Shown: positions 8,318 through 19,019, counted from the stretch's first letter. The stretch is 21,167 nucleotides of DNA from Octopus sinensis (GCF_006345805.1 NW_021823791.1:1-21167), one strand, 5' to 3'. Notes: generated from the sequence alone by a model not told the origin. Made by a program: numbers and translations.

Positions 8318-8500
8318 CACCCGAAGAGGGCTGGAGAGAATTATGACTAAAACATTCAGTCTATAACTACTAAAATGAGGAATCAGGATAATTCACTTCT
8401 GTAAAGTTAATAAACATTTGAGTTCGAAGTTCCGAGAAAGGTGGCCAAATGTGATAGGTGTCTGAAGAAGGCCGGAGAAAACAACGGTTGTAACGTTGCG
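8318..8500 (+). mobile_element. Tandem pair of decayed hammerhead-like motifs (family H2, probably Penelope-related)
   Basis: CTGAAGA-A-GGCCG-(10 nt)-CGGTT-GTAAC-GTT at 8462-8497 and the more decayed CCGAAGA-G-GGCTG-(10 nt)-TGACT-AAAAC-ATT at 8321-8356, spaced 141 bp apart. Confidence 0.45.
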
Positions 8501-8681
8501 ATTGTAACAAAGAAGATGAGAATATTTATCCGAATATATCAATGTGTATAATAATGGTTCCTAATGTTAAGGGAAAAAAAAACAGAGGATAACAGGATGC
8601 TTCAGTTTTGCTCTACTGCTTTCGTGCTTGTTTTTTGATTTTTGTGATCTTTTCTGTTCGTTCGCAGTGGAAAAAAACTGA

Positions 8682-8738
8682 TTATATCGATATGTTTTAT
8701 CGACTTCGAAAGGAAAGTCGACCGCAATGGAACTTGAA
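8682..8738 (-). mobile_element. Short decayed remnant of SINE family S2
   Basis: ATTATATCGA...TTTATCGACTTCGAAAGGAAAGTCGACC...GGAACTTGAA matches the S2 reverse strand with deletions. Confidence 0.55.
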
Positions 8739-9011
8739 AATTCACATTGTTAATGACCACAGTATATGTTGTCGGATACGCTACCGTTTCTGACAATTAT
8801 CCACTTGTAGGATTCTTAGTGAAATATTATATTCTATTCTTTTAACATGGCCAATTCTAAACATTCCCAAGTTCTCTCCGCTAACAACCCATGAAATGCA
8901 TGTCCAGATGGAAATGCTTCAGTAAGAAAGCAACAACCGCGTATAAACATAATTGGTGCTTAATATATTTTACATTCAGAACTCTCAGTCAAGCTGTTCG
9001 TTTTCATATAA

Positions 9012-9048
<37 letters not shown>

Positions 9049-9051
<3 letters not shown>

Positions 9052-9227
9052 AGAGTCTACGAAAAAAGAAACAAAAGACGAAGACAGGTGGTGTACAAAG
9101 CAAACAGATGTATTAGTATAACGCTCAGGAATAGAAAAGGTCTTTTACGTTTCGAGCCTACGCTCTTCTACAGAAAGGGACACAGAAAAAACAAGGAGAG
9201 AAAAATTGTGTGCAGTGGCTAACGATC
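9049..9227 (-). mobile_element. Family H1 element, copy 3 (hammerhead-like motif at 9142-9177)
   Basis: Reverse complement CTTT-CTGTAGA-A-GAGC-GTAG-GCTC-GAAAC-GT-A-AAAG with a perfect 4-bp stem II. The 3' end abuts (TA)n at 9005-9048. Confidence 0.8.
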
Positions 9228-9228
9228 T

Positions 9229-9344
<116 letters not shown>

Positions 9345-9403
9345 AAAGCCAAAACAATAAATTGAACAATTATAAATTTAATTATTTTATACAAACATAT
9401 ATA

Positions 9404-9479
9404 TGGTTGAGAAGCAGGCTTCTTACCACACAGCAGCCAGGACTGGTAGCTGATCTCGGCAGGATTTGAATTAAGAATG
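9404..9479 (-). mobile_element. Small SINE remnants: S1 head (9404-9434) and S2 fragment (9452-9479)
   Basis: TGGTTGAGAAGCAGGCTTCTTACCACACAGC is the reverse of the S1 head. GATCTCGGCAGGATTTGAATTAAGAATG resembles S2 GACCTCGGCGGAATTTGAACTCAGAACG. Confidence 0.55.
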
Positions 9480-10057
9480 CCGGAACAAAAGCTACTATGA
9501 GTTCCATCCAAAAGTTCAGAGAACTCTTCTCCGCCCTTGTATTGCTGTAATAGTTATTTTACAAAAAAATGATTTTGAAAAGTTTCCGATATCAAAAACT
9601 ACACTGATCATTAGCGGATATATCAGTATAAAAAGTGACGTATTAATTTTTTTCGTGTTTTAATCAGCTAAAAAAATTAATTGTACAACATCAATTAGTT
9701 CTACGTTTAAGTCTTCACAAAAAATTCGTGTCTTATTTTTGTTGCTAAATTTGGAATAATATACGTGTGTGTGTGAATTTAGATATGTATGCATGTGTAC
9801 ATTTATTCGTTTATAATTTTAGATAAATTTAGAGCCTTTTATTTCTTTTATCCCACAAAATTCTTTGACAGAATTTCCAAGCAGGAAATGCAGTACCCTC
9901 ATTGGAATTTAAATGAATGTTTAAAAAATATACTACGTTGAATTTAGAAATATTTTGCACATACCTACATACACATATATATATATTTATTGTTTATATG
10001 TGAGTGTGGATATGTGAATATATCAGTGGATGTATGTATAATTGTGCGCATGTGTGA

Positions 10058-10094
<37 letters not shown>

Positions 10095-10579
10095 TATGAA
10101 TCACTATATCAAATATGTATGGTTGTACATCATTTTCATTTATATTTGTATTTTTGGGATACGTAAGTTGTTTAGAAAAATAATTAAAATACATCTTAAG
10201 ATCAGGTGTCAAAGAAGCTGTGAAACTAAAAATTGGTTCCTATTTCGTTAATGAAAGAAACTAACAATTGACTAAAATTCTATTGCATTTTTTCACCAAA
10301 TTTCTTTTTTTATATTTAGAAGATTTTACTCTCATACGTTTCCAATATTCAGCTGACAATCCACGCTTTCTTTATATATTTTTTAAAGAATATTTTTATC
10401 CGAAATATATTTAAAACTAATGATCCAACTTATTTGTAGGCAGGTTTGTTAAGTTCTACAGCCTACGGAACTGCGCATGATAGACTGCATAATGCATAAA
10501 CATGAATTTGGAGATAAAAATATTTTTTTAAGGAGAGGCGTGAAAATACGTAGTATATGTACGGCATGAGTTTTGGAGG

Positions 10580-10583
<4 letters not shown>

Positions 10584-10630
<47 letters not shown>

Positions 10631-11269
10631 ATATATATATATATATATATATAATATATATATATACATATAAATATAAATGTATATATTATATATATAT
10701 ATGTGTGTGTGTGTATAAGCATATACATATGTATATATATTTGTATAGACAACAAATGTGCATTTAAATATATATGCAGATACACTCACATACACACACA
10801 TGCATATATACATACATACATACATATGTATATATATTTATATAATATATACATACATATGTATGTATATTTATATAATATATACATACATATGTATATA
10901 TATTTATATAATATATACATATACATGTATATATACACACATGCATACACTATATATATATATATGTGTGTGTGTGTATGTATATGTAAATATATAGTAT
11001 ACGTATATATATATATATATATATGCAAACGCACATTCACATGCATACACACGCATATTTATGCATATACATATGTATGTACATGTATATGCATACATGC
11101 ATACATACATGCATTCACATTCACAAGCGTACACGCACATGCATGCACAGGTATTTATGTATAAATGTATGTAAGCACGCATGTCTACTTCAGATCCTAT
11201 TTTGAAGCATTCAGAGATATAAAAATAAGTGTTTTTTACAAAATTGCCCGAATGCAAATGTCGCTGCGT

Positions 11270-11336
<67 letters not shown>

Positions 11337-11541
11337 TATTATATATCTATATACATACATATATATAATATAATAAATATATATATCTATTATATATAAT
11401 ATATATTATATATACATACATATATATATATATATTATACTATATATATATCTATATATATATATATATATTATATATAGTTAGATATAATATATATACA
11501 TACATCAATATATATATTGTATGTATGTGTATATATATATA
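10584..11541. repeat. ~950-bp AT-rich compound microsatellite with a ~30-bp unit repeated about 3 times (about 10815-10920)
   Basis: TA/TG/TACA runs. The unit is visible as the 10-aa periodicity [11 protein letters not shown] in the ORF track. Confidence 0.93.
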
Positions 11542-12482
11542 AGCAATCATAGAGAAAATGTTTTGCTTAAAATATATTTAACTGAGTCAAAGTAATTCTT
11601 AATCAATGTATACGCCTAATCTCGATGTTTGTGAGTTATTGATCCTTTTCATACGTATAGAAATGAGAGACATGTAAGCGAAAAGAACTGGTTTATAAAG
11701 CAAAATATATCAGATATGATATCACATAAAAGTAAGCTAAGTATTTCACTAGTATAGACTAGTAAATAAAAGATAACAGCATCACACTCCTATTCTATGA
11801 ATTACAGTGAGGATAGACACACTAATCTTTATAGAGAATGTATGGTTAATCTCCGGTGTTCATAATCTTTGTTGTGATGTCACAAACAAAAGGTATTTTA
11901 ACATGTTTAATTCCATCTACACCTATTCATTGATTGCGGTAGATCAATATCTGAATGAAAAAAAAAGACTCTTGTAGAAGACTCTTGTAGCTGTAAGCAT
12001 TTTTCTTTTCTTTTCACGTTAATGAAATAAGGTAGTGCTTCTACATTATAAACCTCCTACGACTATGGTATGAATGATGTAATAACGTCAATGCGGTTTA
12101 CACTGAAAGGCTTTGCATTGGTATTTATGGGTGGGGAGTGGATTTCAGGTTTATTCTGATATAAAGGAAAGAAACTTTGAAACTGTTTCTAGTACATCAT
12201 GTAATAAATGCCTGTACTTGTGGTATTATAAAACTTTAAGAGAAGTTCATGGGAATGGTAGAAGAGATAAAAGCAAAATTGGTGATTAAAGAATATTAAT
12301 GGAAAAAGGTGTAGTTGCGCCCCGGGTTTGTGTTAATAGACATATATGTTGAAAGGAACAGCTGTTGCCCATACAAACATTCAAAACAGATTTACACACC
12401 TTCATCAATTCTCAACAACCACAATGACCCCAGTTTAGTATATCTCCCTTCTATCTCTCTCTCTTGTCACTTCTTCAATGTT

Positions 12483-12667
12483 CTTATTTCTTTACTGCCT
12501 ACAAGGGGCTAAACACAGAGGGGACAAACAAGGACAGACAAACGGATTAAGTCGATTATATCGATCCCAGTGCGTAACTGGTACTTTTTTTATCGACCCC
12601 GAAACGATGAAAGGCAAAGTCGACCTCGGCGGAATTTGAACTCAGAACGCAGCAACAGACGAAATAC
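12483..12667 (-). mobile_element. SINE family S2, head-truncated unit of a tandem dimer
   Basis: 185-bp unit nearly identical to 12668-12851. Stops at ...CAGACGAAATAC, inside the tRNA head. Confidence 0.93.
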
Positions 12668-12879
12668 CTATTTCTTTAATACCCACAAGGGGCTAAACAC
12701 AGAGAGGATAAACAAGGACAGACAAAGGGATTAAGTCGATTACATCGACCCCAGTGCGTAGCTGGTACTTATTTAATCGACCCCGAAAGGATGAAAGGCA
12801 AAGTCGACCTCGGCGGAATTTGAACTCAGAACGTAACGGCAGACGAAATACGGCTACGCATTTCGCCCGGCGTGGTAAC
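12668..12879 (-). mobile_element. SINE family S2, second unit of the tandem dimer (retains more of the tRNA head)
   Basis: Same tail and body, continuing GGCTACGCATTTCGCCCGGCGTGGTAAC. Confidence 0.93.
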
Positions 12880-12929
12880 TACACTGCATAATTAAAAAGA
12901 GTTACACGTATAACCAAACAGACTCACTC

Positions 12930-13260
12930 CTCCCATTCAAATTCTTCATGCACAGAAACCCAAGCTAAACACTTTGCCTATAACTTCATCCCCTGAACTG
13001 CATTTTTTTTTGCGCCTTCTCTCAACCCACTTACATTTCTTCCTATAAATATCTATTATGAAATTCAAGATAAAAACCAGTGTAAATATTTAGGTCTTAA
13101 GCACGTTTCACCATCGCAGTTATTTGGAACGCACCACTGGCTGTTCCAAGAGCATTTGGACATCTAAATGCAATGGATCATAAGGGGAACACTTTATTGC
13201 ATTCGGTTGGAGCAAAATACCTATACTGGAGTTTATATTAAATTTCACAATGAATGCTCC
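12930..13260 (+). mobile_element. Possible highly decayed CR1/L2-like RT fragment
   Basis: Scattered frames give RNPS*T, CKYLGL and TIAVIWN, reminiscent of LINE RT NPSKT...KYLG...SW. Heavily frameshifted. Confidence 0.28.
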
Positions 13261-13275
13261 GTATATAACTAACAA

Positions 13276-13484
13276 CCTTTCCACTATAGATACAAGGCCT
13301 GAAAATTGGGGGAGGAGTAGTCGATTAGATCGACCCCAGTGTTTCACTGGTACTTCATTTATCGACCCCGAAAGGACGAAAGGCAAAGTCGACCTCTGCA
13401 GGATTTGAACTCAGAATGTAGCGACGGGCGAAACACCGATAAGCAGTTCGTCCAGCGTGCTAACGACTCTGCCAGCTCGCTGCC
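13276..13484 (-). mobile_element. SINE family S2 variant with a different 3' tail
   Basis: Head and body as in 8016-8250, but the tail (reverse complement) is CTCCTCCCCCAATTTTCAGGCCTTGTATCTATAGTGGAAAGG. Confidence 0.9.
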
Positions 13485-13498
13485 TTATATGATAACTA

Positions 13499-14049
13499 TT
13501 GGGTTGTCCGGAAAGTTCGAGCCGATTTATAGTAGCTTACCTTTCCACTTATTTTAGAACATGGTTGAGTCCATAAAATAGTATTTGACTACACCTCCAT
13601 TTAGAGCACAGTTTAAGCTATCTTTTCGTGGAAGAAGATTTATGTTCCTATAACCTGTGTTAATTCTGTAACCCTTTAAAATGGAGATAAGAAAGTTCAT
13701 TTTCGGCACTTGATACTTTGGAAACCAGATAAAAATTGCTGCAGCTCGGCTGGGATGTGTTACCCCACCCTCCATATTCACCAGATATTGCTCCTTCGGA
13801 TTTCCACTTATTCAGGTCTCTGCAGAATAGTCTTAATGGTAAAAATTTCAATTCCTTGGATGACATAAAAATTCTTTGCCATGAAACCACCTCAATTCTG
13901 TGAAGGGGGTATTTTCAACTTAAAGGAAAGATGGAGACGCATTATGCAACAAAATGGTTCATATTTGGTTGATTAAAAATGTAATGGCAAGTATTTATTG
14001 ACCTTTTTCTTTCCTTTAAAATTTGGCACGAACTTTCCGGACAACCCAA
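13499..14049 (+). mobile_element. Internally deleted mariner element (family M1), copy 2, with TA TSD
   Basis: TIRs TTGGGTTGTCCGGAAAGTTCGAGCCGATTT and ...GGCACGAACTTTCCGGACAACCCAA, with TA at 13497-13498 and 14050-14051. Encodes KLLQLGWDVLPHPPYSPDIAPSDFHLFRSLQN, followed by a 14-bp frameshifting deletion relative to copy 1. Confidence 0.96.
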
Positions 14050-14164
14050 TAATAACAACGCTAAGAACAGCAGTCAACTAACCACTCTACTGGAAGCCGA
14101 GGTGGGGGGATGATATTATACGTGGATCTCTAACTCATACAGTAGTAGTTATACATCTAACTGT

Positions 14165-14503
14165 GAAGGCGCATGGCTCAGTGGTTAGGGCGTCGAGTTT
14201 ACGATCGTGAGGTTGTGAGTTCGAATCCCGGACCGGGCTGCGTGTTGTATTCTTGAGCAAGACACTTTATTTCACGTTGCTCCAGTTCACTCAGCCGTAG
14301 AAATGAGTTGCGACGTCACAGGTGCCAAGCTGTATCGGCCCCTTTGTCTTTCTCTTGGGTAACACTGGTGGCGTGGAGAAGGGGGGCCGGTATGCATGGG
14401 CGACTGCTGGTCTTCCATAAACAACCTTGCCAGGACTTGTGTCTGGGAGGGTAACTTTCTAGGTGCAATTCTATGGTTAGTCATGACCGAAGGGGGTCTC
14501 AGC
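14165..14503 (+). mobile_element. tRNA-derived CORE-type SINE (family S4), full length, with 14-bp TSD
   Basis: Box A TGGCTCAGTGG (14174-14184), box B GTTCGAATCC (14219-14228), CORE-like CTTGAGCAAGACACTT...CTCAGCCGTAGAAATGAG. TSD ATACATCTAACTGT at 14151-14164 and 14504-14517. Confidence 0.93.
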
Positions 14504-14934
14504 ATACATCTAACTGTACATACAAGATACAAACAAATACAAACGTAATAATAGTATTATTACCTGTCAGGCTATAGGTACTGTTGTTCATTTTCAGACT
14601 CACAAATGTAGGGAAAAGCATAGAAATGGACAAAAAGACATATTTTTCAGAATATCGTTAACATGGTGTGTTTTTGTGTATATGTGTATTTAATGGACTC
14701 TATCCAGATACATGAGTAAACATCGAATGAGAAATATATTTGCAATTTGTACAGAAAACCTCTGTTGAGTAACATTTACTCTTTACACAAGATACTTGAG
14801 ACTTGAATATACATTTCAGCTATTTAAATGATATGCAAATATAATCCCACTGAACTTATAATACCCGCCATGTTTGAAAACAGAATGTTAGCACATTCCC
14901 TGCAAAGAGGTGTTAAACTCTTGAAATGCCGCAT

Positions 14935-15042
14935 TTACGACGTAGTTTTGATGTTCTGTGAGTCGTTTCGCTCAATTTGCTCCTCCAAGATTTCTAAATC
15001 AGATACATGATATCTTCTACTTGCAATATCTTCTTCATATTC
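14935..15042 (-). CDS. Possible coding exon (unconfirmed)
   Basis: Acceptor TTCTGTTTCCCTTGTACCATATTCTTAG|, then EYEEDIASRRYHVSDLEILEEQIERNDSQNIKTTS*. Possible donor TC|GTAAAT just before the stop. No homology recognised. Confidence 0.25.
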   Translation of the reverse strand, partial: EYEEDIASRRYHVSDLEILEEQIERNDSQNIKTTS

Positions 15043-15427
15043 CTAAGAATATGGTACAAGGGAAACAGAAGATCCATTCTTCGACAGCGTGATGTAGCTT
15101 TTAATGTTTTTATCAGGTTATCTAGTTTCAACAACATTGCTTCATTTCGTCATTCAATTCATTTGGGAAATGTTACAAATGATTTAACGAGAGATTCAAA
15201 GATCCATATCAAAACTGAAAATATGTGGTTATTATGATCATACCAGTGAAGAACAAACTCTACAGTACTTCCAGCAGAGTTAAGGGCTAATGGGATAGCC
15301 TCTACGCGGTTCCTCGAACTGCTAGAAATAACAGTTAAACTCCATCAGATCGCACTTAACAATTTTATGAAGGAAATGAGACATTGGTAGGAGTATGGCT
15401 ACGTCATTAAGAAACCCAATTTACAAA

Positions 15428-15740
15428 CACTTTGAGCAAGTGTCTTCTACAATAGCCTCGGTCCGACCAAAGACTTGTGAGTGGATTTGGCAGACGGAAA
15501 CTGAAAGAAGCCCGTCGTATATATATATATGTATATGATTGTGTGTCTGTGTTTGTCCCTACAACATCGCTTGACAACCGATGTTGATGTGTTTACGTCC
15601 CCGTATCTCAGCGGTTCGGCAAAAGCGACCGAGAGAATAAGTACTAGGTTTACAAAGTATAAATCCTGGCGTCGATTTGCTGGACTAAAGGCGGTGCTCC
15701 AGCATGGCCGCAGTCAAATTACTGAAACAAATAAAAGAAT
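15428..15740 (+). mobile_element. SINE family S1, copy 4 (5'-truncated, no tRNA head)
   Basis: Starts at CACTTTGAGCAAGTGTCTTC and aligns with the other S1 copies to GAAACAAATAAAAGAAT. Confidence 0.93.
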
Positions 15741-15874
15741 ATATATGTATGTATATATGTATATATATATATATATGTGTGGTGTGTTGTGTGTGTGTGT
15801 GTGTGTATGTGTGTGGTGTGTGTGTGTGTGTGTGTGTGTGTTGTGGTGTGTATATATGTATATATATTATGTAT

Positions 15875-15908
<34 letters not shown>

Positions 15909-15917
15909 ATATATATA
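15741..15917. repeat. TA/TG compound microsatellite
   Basis: Direct reading. Confidence 0.95.
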
Positions 15918-16768
15918 ACCCGATCCATTAAAAGCTGTTGAACCAACTAGAGATGGTTCCAAATATAAGATATGTATAAAAGAACAAAACGAGGATTGAT
16001 ATAAAATTCACTATGTAAAGGGGTCTGCATAAATTTTCTACCTTACCAATTTGTTTGTTTGTTTGTTTATTTAAAATCATCTGAAGATGGCGGATTTTTA
16101 TCCAGACTGCCTCTGAATGCCGTATCATATCCCTTCGGTGACATCTTTTAATCACCAAGTGTCGAAGTGCATCCCTTGACCAAGTTTGTATACATGAGAC
16201 TGATAACATTATATGACTTGGAAAGCAGCTCCTTGAGCAACATCCTTTAAATACATGCCCAAAGAAGTCGCACGACTCTACCGCAACGTATCAGATGAAA
16301 CTATGAGCCTAAGTGAGCAGAAGACTGCATGGATATGCTGGTAAAAAGCTCCGAGAGGATAGTAACATCTATCATCAAAGCAGACTACCATGACCAACAA
16401 CCGGATTACTACCTCCCACTTTGTAGAGTATGCGTTTGTAATCCAGGAACGAGGATGCAGGAAAAGCAGCAAAATGTGACAACCGATGCAGTCTTCGTGG
16501 AGTTAACACCGAAGATATCACCCACTTTATCAGCAATTGTCCGAAAATATCATCACGGTATATCTACCGATGAGACATGATGGTGTAGTTAGGACACTAA
16601 TGAAATCTGCAGGAAGAATAATCCCGAGGACAAAGAAATAAGAACTCACAGCATGGTAGAAGCCAAAGCCGCTTATAATAAAAAAGAGTACTAGTAGAAT
16701 ATTCCAGTGAAGACCTCAATAAAATGTAAACACAGTAGACCTGACATAATGATTTGGAATAGAGAAAA

Positions 16769-16878
16769 AAATTGTTCTTTCTCTACTGGCAAATAAAACT
16801 GAATAATGACATACTTACAGACATGCATACATACATACATACATACATACATACATACATACATACATACATACATAC
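16769..16878 (+). mobile_element. Insertion of the same LINE's 3' terminus plus (ACAT)n tail into its endonuclease ORF, with 10-bp TSD
   Basis: GTTCTTTCTCTACTGGCAAA (16774-16793) equals 17528-17547, and AAACTGAATAATGACATAC is also shared. Flanked by ATAGAGAAAA at 16759-16768 and 16879-16888. Confidence 0.88.
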
Positions 16879-17262
16879 ATAGAGAAAAGAAACTGTGCAC
16901 AGTTGTGGAAATTATCTGCCCAGCGGATGTTAACATAAAGCTGAAGATCAATGAAAAAGAGAACACCTATGCTGAACCATTGAGAAATCTGCAATTACTC
17001 TATCCAGATTACAAGTTCAGGTTTACACCTGTAATTTTGGGGTCCCTGGGAAGTGTAACACACTGCCTAAATACCTATCATGAGAAATTAGGCTTCACAA
17101 GACCAGAAAGGAGAAAGATAATTCGAAAACTACAGATCTAATCCATCACTGGAACTGTAAAAATCTGTAAAACTTCCGAGATGTTTATCATTAAAATATA
17201 TATGAGCATGTCTAGATATGTAACTATATGCCTGAGAATACATACATAAAATATACAAATCT

Positions 17263-17357
17263 GCACATACATACATACATACATACATACATACATACAT
17301 ACATACATACATACATACATACGTACATACATACATACATGCATGCATGCATACATA

Positions 17358-17388
<31 letters not shown>

Positions 17389-17469
17389 CATACATACATA
17401 CATACATACATACATACATACATACATACATACATACATACATACACATACATACAAACAAACAAACAT
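17263..17469. repeat. (ACAT)n microsatellite inside the LINE 3' UTR
   Basis: Direct reading. Confidence 0.96.
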
Positions 17470-17630
17470 ACGCTGTTGTTGATGTTGAAATTTCAATGAA
17501 GGAGCTTTGGATCTAGGTTAGAAACCAGTTCTTTCTCTACTGGCAAAAAAATTTGAAATAAACTGAATAATGACATACATGCCACATGCGTAAGTAGTAT
17601 GTATGCATGCATGGCTGAAGCAAGTAACAG

Positions 17631-17808
17631 TACGAGGGTGTGCTGAAAAGATCCCGGCTTTATAGGAGTCACGAAATGTCTGCTTGGAGGCCCAACATTC
17701 CGAGTTCTTTTAAAGGGTTCAGAAAAAGAACCGCTGCAATAAGTTTGTGAATTTGGGAGGGGAATAAGTTGAATAAAATCCTTATTAACTGATCCTTCTG
17801 TATTTTCT
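17631..17808 (+). mobile_element. Mariner-derived MITE remnant (family M3), one TIR missing
   Basis: TA-CGAGGGTGTGCTGAAAAG is a mariner-type terminus. The interior GAACCGCTGCAATAAGTTTGTGAATTTGGGAGGGAATAAGTTGAATAA approximates the mariner C-terminus R..K.V...G.YVE*. Truncated by (GATA)n. Confidence 0.65.
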
Positions 17809-17811
17809 CAT

Positions 17812-17867
17812 GGATAGATAGATAGATAGATATATAGATAGATAGATAGATAGATAGACAGATAGAC

Positions 17868-17924
<57 letters not shown>

Positions 17925-17935
17925 CACAGACAGGC

Positions 17936-17976
<41 letters not shown>

Positions 17977-18001
17977 TATAGATAGATAGATAGATAGATA
18001 A
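17812..18001. repeat. (GATA)n microsatellite with GACA variants
   Basis: Direct reading. Confidence 0.97.
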
Positions 18002-18169
18002 GTTTCTTTATTGGCCACACAGGGCTGCACACAGATGGGACAAGTTACAAGGTAGAGCTTTTCTTTTGGGGGATGAAGAGAACAAAAAACAAAAGAAAAA
18101 AAGGGGGTGGCGTAGGTTTTCGATCAAGAGGGATAGTAAAAGAGAAGAAAAGAACAAAAACAAAAAAAA
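18002..18169 (-). mobile_element. Retroelement 3' end sharing its tail with SINE family S2, embedded in (TATC)n
   Basis: 18003-18052 TTTCTTTATTGGCCACACAGGGCTGCACACAGATGGGACAAGTTACAAGG aligns with the S2 tail 12487-12533 TTTCTTTACTGCCTACAAGGGGCTAAACACAGAGGGGACAAACAAGG. The rest is unrelated to S2. Confidence 0.6.
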
Positions 18170-18303
<134 letters not shown>

Positions 18304-18639
18304 ACATGTCTTATGTTCATTTTTTCTAGACATTAAACATTCGAATCATATACTACAGTGTTCAGGAACCTATTAACGCCTCATCGCTATGGAAATTAAC
18401 ACTTGATTACTCTGTGAACTGAGGCTTTAAAAATTCATTAACTCAATCATATAACCATTTGCAAGGCAGAATATCCAAACAAAATGAACTGTGTGCATGT
18501 TCATACGCACTTTAATGAAGCGGCTACAGTAAATTGTAGATTGACAACATATAAATTTGGATTGTTTTTCATGTAACACTTACTTTTAGGGAACTGGAAT
18601 ATTAAGCCCGGATGAAGCAGATTTTCTTTTAGTTGAACC

Positions 18640-18988
18640 ATAACATCCATTCATCCAACCATCCCTTCATCCAACCATCCATTCATCCAACCATCCATTC
18701 ATCCAGCCATCCCTTCATCCAACCATCCATTCACCCAACCACTCCTTCATCCAACCATCCATTCACAACCATCCATTCATCCAACCATCCATTCATCCAA
18801 CCATCCATTCATCCAGCTATCCATTCATCCAGCCATCCCTTCATCCAACCATCCATTCACCCAACCACCCCTTCATCCAACCATCCATTCATCCAACCAT
18901 CCATTCATCCAACCATCCATTCACCCAACCACCCCTTCATCCAACCATCCATTCATCCAACCATTCATTCATCCAACCATCCATTCAT
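18640..18988. repeat. 16-bp minisatellite (CCATCCATTCATCCAA)n with a 126-bp higher-order duplication
   Basis: Variant block CCAGCCATCCCTTCATCCAACCATCCATTCACCCAACCAC occurs at 18703 and 18829. Confidence 0.93.
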
Positions 18989-19019
18989 CTTCTCCGCCCA
19001 CTATTCCTGAGAGTGTTGT

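Larger units (their letters stand above)
16080..17580 (+). mobile_element. 3' part of a decayed non-LTR retrotransposon with restriction-like endonuclease (R4/Dong-type clade), including its 3' UTR
   Basis: Frames give IQTASECRIISLR, LHGYAGKK, SHFVEYAFVIQE, a degenerate CCHC knuckle CSLRGVNTEDITHFISNCP, MRHD, then KCKHSRPDIMIWNREKKLCTVVEIICPADVNIKLKINEKENTY...PVILGSLG (the PD..E..K nuclease motif), with stops and frameshifts. The 3' UTR contains (ACAT)n and ends AACTGAATAATGACATAC. Confidence 0.88.

Noticed and set aside
8630-8669. Strong plus-strand acceptor-like tract ...TTTTCTGTTCGTTCGCAG
   Set aside because: Followed by a decayed SINE remnant with no convincing exon or donor
11967-11990. 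Short tandem duplication AGACTCTTGTAG x2 (and CATCCCAG.A.ACACCAA x2 near 19967-20002)
   Set aside because: Ordinary local slippage duplications
18633-19010. 125-aa Pro/Ser/His-rich ORF, or a CRISPR-like array
   Set aside because: A pure tandem minisatellite with no unique spacers, in eukaryotic context
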